Shown here: in pieces, positions 29,035 through 32,000 of the stretch
Numbering within the stretch: the stretch's first letter is position 1
How the letters are laid out: each line of letters opens with the position of its first letter
From: Deinococcus radiodurans R1 = ATCC 13939 = DSM 20539
GTDB lineage: Bacteria; Deinococcota; Deinococci; Deinococcales; Deinococcaceae
Direction: 5' to 3'
Length of the DNA: 32,000 nucleotides
Assembly: GCF_000008565.1 (NCBI RefSeq)
Contig: NC_001263.1
Span: forward strand, 2,194,957-2,226,956
Notes under the pieces: generated by a model
The model's database searches: none
Seen by the model: the letters and a program-made list of their open reading frames with translations, nothing else
What the model was told of the DNA's origin: nothing
Program-made: the position numbers and the translations under genes

Positions 29035-30267
29035 ATGAGTGACCTGCTCGATACCGTGCGTGGCCTGGCGAAAAAGACCGACAGCAAGATTCTGATGGTG
29101 GTGCTCGACGGCGTGGGCGGCCTGCCGCTGACCGTGAACGGCGACACCGAACTCGCCACCGCCCGGACCCCCAACCTCGACGCGCTCGCGCAGGAGTCGC
29201 AGCTCGGGCAGCTCGAACTCGTGGGCGCGGGCATCACCCCCGGCTCCGGCCCCGGCCACCTCAGCCTCTTCGGGTACGACCCCCTCAAGTACGTGGTGGG
29301 GCGCGGGGCGCTGTCCGCAGTGGGCATCGGCGTCAAGCTGAACCGCGGCGACGTGGCGGTGCGTGGCAACTTCGCCACCCTGGGTGCGGGCCGACTGATT
29401 CTAGACCGCCGCGCCGGGCGCCCAAGCGACGAGAAAAACGCGGAAATCGTGGCGAAACTGCGTGCGGCCATCCCCGAAATTGACGGCGTGGCAGTCGAGG
29501 TCTACACCGAGTCGGAGCACCGTTTCGTGGTCGTGTTCCGCGCGCCCGAGGGTCAGCCGCTCGGCGCCAACATCAGCGACGTGGACCCGCAGGTCACGGG
29601 CGTGGAACCCAAAACGGCCATCGCCAACGACCCGTCGAGCGAAGTGACCGCTGGCCTCATCAACACCTTCGTCGCCCGCGCCGAGGTGGCCCTCGCAGAC
29701 GAGCCGCAGGTCAACGGCGTGCTGTTTCGCGGTTACAGCGACGTGCCGCACTTTCCGTCGTTCGAGGACGCTTACCAGCTCAAGGCCGCCTGCATCGCTT
29801 CTTACCCGATGTACAAGGGCCTCGCCAGCCTCGTCGGGATGGACGTGCTGCCGGTCGAAGGCCACGAGGACGCGCTCGAAGGCAAAGTGAAGGCCCTGCG
29901 CGAGAACTGGGCGAAGTACGATTTCTTCTACTTCCACATCAAGAAAACCGACTCGACGGGTGAAGACGGCGACTTTGCCGAGAAGGTCCACAAAATCGAG
30001 CTGTTCGACGAACTGCTGCCGCAACTGCTCGAACTGCAACCCGACGTGATTGCGGTGGTGGGCGACCACTCCACCCCCAGCAAGCTCAAGTCGCACTCCT
30101 GGCACCCGGTGCCGCTGCTCATTCGCAGCAACTATGGCCGCCGCGACCCCGCGCAGCGCTACACCGAGGAAGAAGCCGCCCGCGGCACCCTGGGCCTGCG
30201 CCACGGCCCCGACCTGATGCCGCTGCTGATGGCGAACGCGCTCAAGCTGAACAAGTACGGCGCCTGA
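29035..30267 (+). CDS. apgM: Cofactor-independent phosphoglycerate mutase, archaeal-type (ApgM family)
   Basis: 410 aa. [57 protein letters not shown] and VVGDHSTP are the metalloenzyme/ApgM motifs. Confidence 0.9.
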   Translation: MSDLLDTVRGLAKKTDSKILMVVLDGVGGLPLTVNGDTELATARTPNLDALAQESQLGQLELVGAGITPGSGPGHLSLFGYDPLKYVVGRGALSAVGIGVKLNRGDVAVRGNFATLGAGRLILDRRAGRPSDEKNAEIVAKLRAAIPEIDGVAVEVYTESEHRFVVVFRAPEGQPLGANISDVDPQVTGVEPKTAIANDPSSEVTAGLINTFVARAEVALADEPQVNGVLFRGYSDVPHFPSFEDAYQLKAACIASYPMYKGLASLVGMDVLPVEGHEDALEGKVKALRENWAKYDFFYFHIKKTDSTGEDGDFAEKVHKIELFDELLPQLLELQPDVIAVVGDHSTPSKLKSHSWHPVPLLIRSNYGRRDPAQRYTEEEAARGTLGLRHGPDLMPLLMANALKLNKYGA

Positions 30268-30279
30268 ACTCTCACCCCT

Positions 30280-30319
30280 GCCCGCCGGCCACCCCTGAAG
30301 GCGGCGGGCGGTTTTTTTT
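30280..30319 (+). terminator. Intrinsic terminator after apgM
   Basis: gcccgccg (30280-30287) pairs with cggcgggc (30302-30309) and is followed by gg plus a T8 run. Confidence 0.75.
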
Positions 30320-30362
30320 CATTTCTCAGCGCCGGGTCAGCTTGGGGGGGCAAGCTGGGGCC

Positions 30363-30950
30363 ATGCGACAACTTCTGTTTTCCGCCGTGCTCGGGCTGGC
30401 GGCCCTGGCGATGCCCAGCGCCAGCGCCCAGACCCTGAGCGTGAATATTGACGCCAGCGTGCGTTTTCCTTCGGTGACTCAGACCGCCGCCAGCCTGCTG
30501 AACCTGCTCTCGCAGGGCGTGCAGGTCACGTTCCTGACGCTAACTTCGCAGCCTGCCGCCACGGTGAACAAGACCGGCGGGATTCAGGTCTACTCCTCCA
30601 CCCCGAGCGCGACCAACCCGCGCGACGCGGCGCCGCTCACGCAGGTGCAGGTGAGCACGCCGATTCCCGGCACGAACCAGACGGTGAAAGAGATCTATCC
30701 CCTCGCGCAGCCGATTGCTGCCGGGCAACCCATCAGCGCCCAGAGCATCGTCGTCCGCGCCGCCGACGGGCAGACCCAGCCGCTCACCAGCGTGATGGGC
30801 CGCCAAGCCGCGTGGGCCAAAGCGAAGGGGCTGCAAAACAAACCGGGCCAGATGCCACCCGGTCAGCTCAAGCAACTGTGCAAGAAAGAGCCCCAGAACG
30901 CGCTCTGCACGGCGAAACCCGGACAGCCGGTTGGCAAGGGCAAGCACTGA
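30363..30950 (+). CDS. Secreted hypothetical protein
   Basis: The ATG at 30363 gives the signal peptide MRQLLFSAVLGLAALAMPSASAQ. The mature part is Thr/Gln/Pro-rich and the C-terminus is Lys-rich. No known domain. Confidence 0.6.
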   Translation: MRQLLFSAVLGLAALAMPSASAQTLSVNIDASVRFPSVTQTAASLLNLLSQGVQVTFLTLTSQPAATVNKTGGIQVYSSTPSATNPRDAAPLTQVQVSTPIPGTNQTVKEIYPLAQPIAAGQPISAQSIVVRAADGQTQPLTSVMGRQAAWAKAKGLQNKPGQMPPGQLKQLCKKEPQNALCTAKPGQPVGKGKH

Positions 30951-31020
30951 GTTGTAACATCTGCCCTCCCCTTAGCCGGGCCTCACCCGCCGCGCTGCAC
31001 GGCGCTTCAGACTAGTTCTT

Positions 31021-31548
31021 ATGCTGGACAACATTCTCAACAGCGTCCGTCAGGGCGTGGAAAAGGTGCAGCGCCGGGGCGAGGAGGTCACGCAGGTGGC
31101 CCGCCTGCGGGTGGAAGTCTTTCAGCTCGGGCGCGAACTCGACAGCCATTTTGCCCGGCTGGGCCGCGCCTACCACGGCGGCGCCGACACCGACCTGCTG
31201 CAAGGCATCCGCGACGAGATTCGCCGGGTGGAGGCCGACATCGAAAGCCGCGAGCGCCTGATTGCCGAACTCGGTGACGCGGGCGACGACGCCCCGGCAG
31301 ACGAGGGCACCGACCTCTCCCCCACCCCCGCCGACAGCGCCCGCCACCGCCTGAGCCTCGACCTCAGCTCCGGGGCAGGCGAAGGGGAGCCCCCGGTCAC
31401 GCTGTCCAAGCAGCCCCGTGGCGAGCCGGTACGCCCCACTGACGAGCAGGACGTACCGTCGTCCACCGCCTCGCAGCCCGCCGCCAGCAACCGCCCGGCG
31501 TTCGTGGACGGGCAGCCGAAGGAGCAGGGGGACCAGACGGAACGCTGA
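31021..31548 (+). CDS. Hypothetical protein (N-terminal coiled-coil-like helix, disordered acidic/Pro-rich C-terminus)
   Basis: 175 aa, high GC3, followed by a hairpin plus T-run. Confidence 0.6.
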   Translation: MLDNILNSVRQGVEKVQRRGEEVTQVARLRVEVFQLGRELDSHFARLGRAYHGGADTDLLQGIRDEIRRVEADIESRERLIAELGDAGDDAPADEGTDLSPTPADSARHRLSLDLSSGAGEGEPPVTLSKQPRGEPVRPTDEQDVPSSTASQPAASNRPAFVDGQPKEQGDQTER

Positions 31549-31563
31549 GCTGGTATTCACAGA

Positions 31564-31597
31564 AGCAGCGGGAGCTGATGCCTCCGCTGCTTTTGTT
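31564..31597 (+). terminator. Putative intrinsic terminator
   Basis: agcagcgg (31564-31571) pairs with ccgctgct (31584-31591) and is followed by tttgttg. Confidence 0.55.
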
Positions 31598-31611
31598 GTA
31601 CTGGATAAAAG

Positions 31612-31788
31612 TCAGCCGTCCTCGTCTTCCGGCTCATCGTCGGGGTGAGCCGGGGTCAAGCGGGCAAGGCGCTCGCTGCGGGTGGGGCGGTCACGCTCCT
31701 GCTGGGCGGGGCCGGTGTCGAGGCCGCTGATAAGGATTTCGCCTTCCTGCGGCGTGTCCTGGGGGGCCGGGTCGTGGGGGTCAGTCAT
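31612..31788 (-). CDS. Small acidic hypothetical protein (58 aa)
   Basis: I chose the internal ATG at 31788 (MTDPHDPAPQDTPQEGEILISGL...DDEPEDEDG) of track ORF 31612..31839. GC3 is high but there is no homology. Confidence 0.3.
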   Translation of the reverse strand: MTDPHDPAPQDTPQEGEILISGLDTGPAQQERDRPTRSERLARLTPAHPDDEPEDEDG

Positions 31789-31865
31789 GCCTGAGCCTAG
31801 AGCATTTGCCGTCAAGGTGGTGTTTTCCGTAAGCCCCACCCAGCGCCCGGCGGCATAGTGGGCGC

Positions 31866-32000
31866 ATGTCCGACCTGCCCTGCCCGCCGACCAATGCCGA
31901 GCGCCTGCACGAGTTTCACCGCGCCATCGGGGCCGCGACGCCTGAGCGCCCCACGCCGCCTCCGCCCGAGCTGCTGCGGCTACGTCAGACCCTACTCGAT
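31866..32000 (+). CDS. MazG-like all-alpha nucleotide pyrophosphohydrolase, N-terminal fragment (continues beyond the window)
   Basis: I hand-translated MSDLPCPPTNAERLHEFHRAIGAATPERPTPPPPELLRLRQTLLD. The LHEFH....P......LRL.L..EE pattern is typical of MazG-like or dimeric-dUTPase-like proteins. From memory, D. radiodurans has such a gene close to its ter cluster. Confidence 0.55.
   Translation, partial: MSDLPCPPTNAERLHEFHRAIGAATPERPTPPPPELLRLRQTLLD

Noticed and set aside
27171-29471. 766-aa minus-strand ORF, the longest in the track
   Set aside because: It runs antisense across three well-supported plus-strand genes (terD paralogue 2, the TerC-like gene and apgM) and across two terminators. 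Its composition is Arg/Ala/Gly/Pro-rich low complexity, typical of the stop-poor antisense frame in high-GC DNA. It has no recognisable domain.

Overview
This is a high-GC bacterial chromosomal window (roughly two-thirds G+C by eye). It is very probably Deinococcus, and looks D. radiodurans-like. I base that on several copies of the small non-coding repeat (SNR) type known from that genome, an IS4-family element, and a gene order I recall from that organism; I could not run any search.

About 40 genes are supportable.

Positions 1-14.9 kb are mostly ordinary housekeeping or accessory genes:
- a DUF945/YdgA-like protein (partial)
- an ABC permease and ATPase pair
- a COG2865-type AlbA_2/HATPase_c_4 regulator
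- pyrF, a DUF1028 protein, an Rrf2 regulator and galE
- a YigZ/IMPACT-family protein, a NUDIX hydrolase and a FUSC-like membrane protein
- a CitE-like lyase, a VOC/glyoxalase protein and a RIO-type kinase
- an LprI/DUF1311 secreted protein and trmH

Positions ~15.0-28.9 kb are the centrepiece: a very large, single-strand Ter (tellurite-resistance / TerD-domain) supercluster. It has three parts:
- A translationally coupled putative biosynthetic module: ATP-grasp, PRTase, HAD phosphatase, AIM24, a two-domain TerA-like gene carrying a frameshift, a StiP-like second PRTase, and an HpcH/CitE-like lyase.
- terB and terD.
- After an IS4-family insertion, a second terA, terZ, a second terD paralogue and a TerC/DUF475 membrane protein.

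The biosynthetic module was predicted from comparative genomics to make a nucleoside-like metabolite. To my knowledge no product or mechanism has been shown, so it is the best candidate here for an uncharacterised system.

The window ends with apgM, two hypothetical proteins and the start of a MazG-like gene.

Other points worth a second look:
- the terA frameshift near 20224
- an IS insertion with a 5-bp target duplication exactly on the Shine-Dalgarno of the downstream terA
- galE reading through an SNR copy
- a near-consensus promoter, 5' hairpin, very strong SD and 52-codon uORF in front of the RIO kinase
- tandem direct repeats in front of two ter genes

The many long ORFs antisense to real genes are high-GC artefacts.
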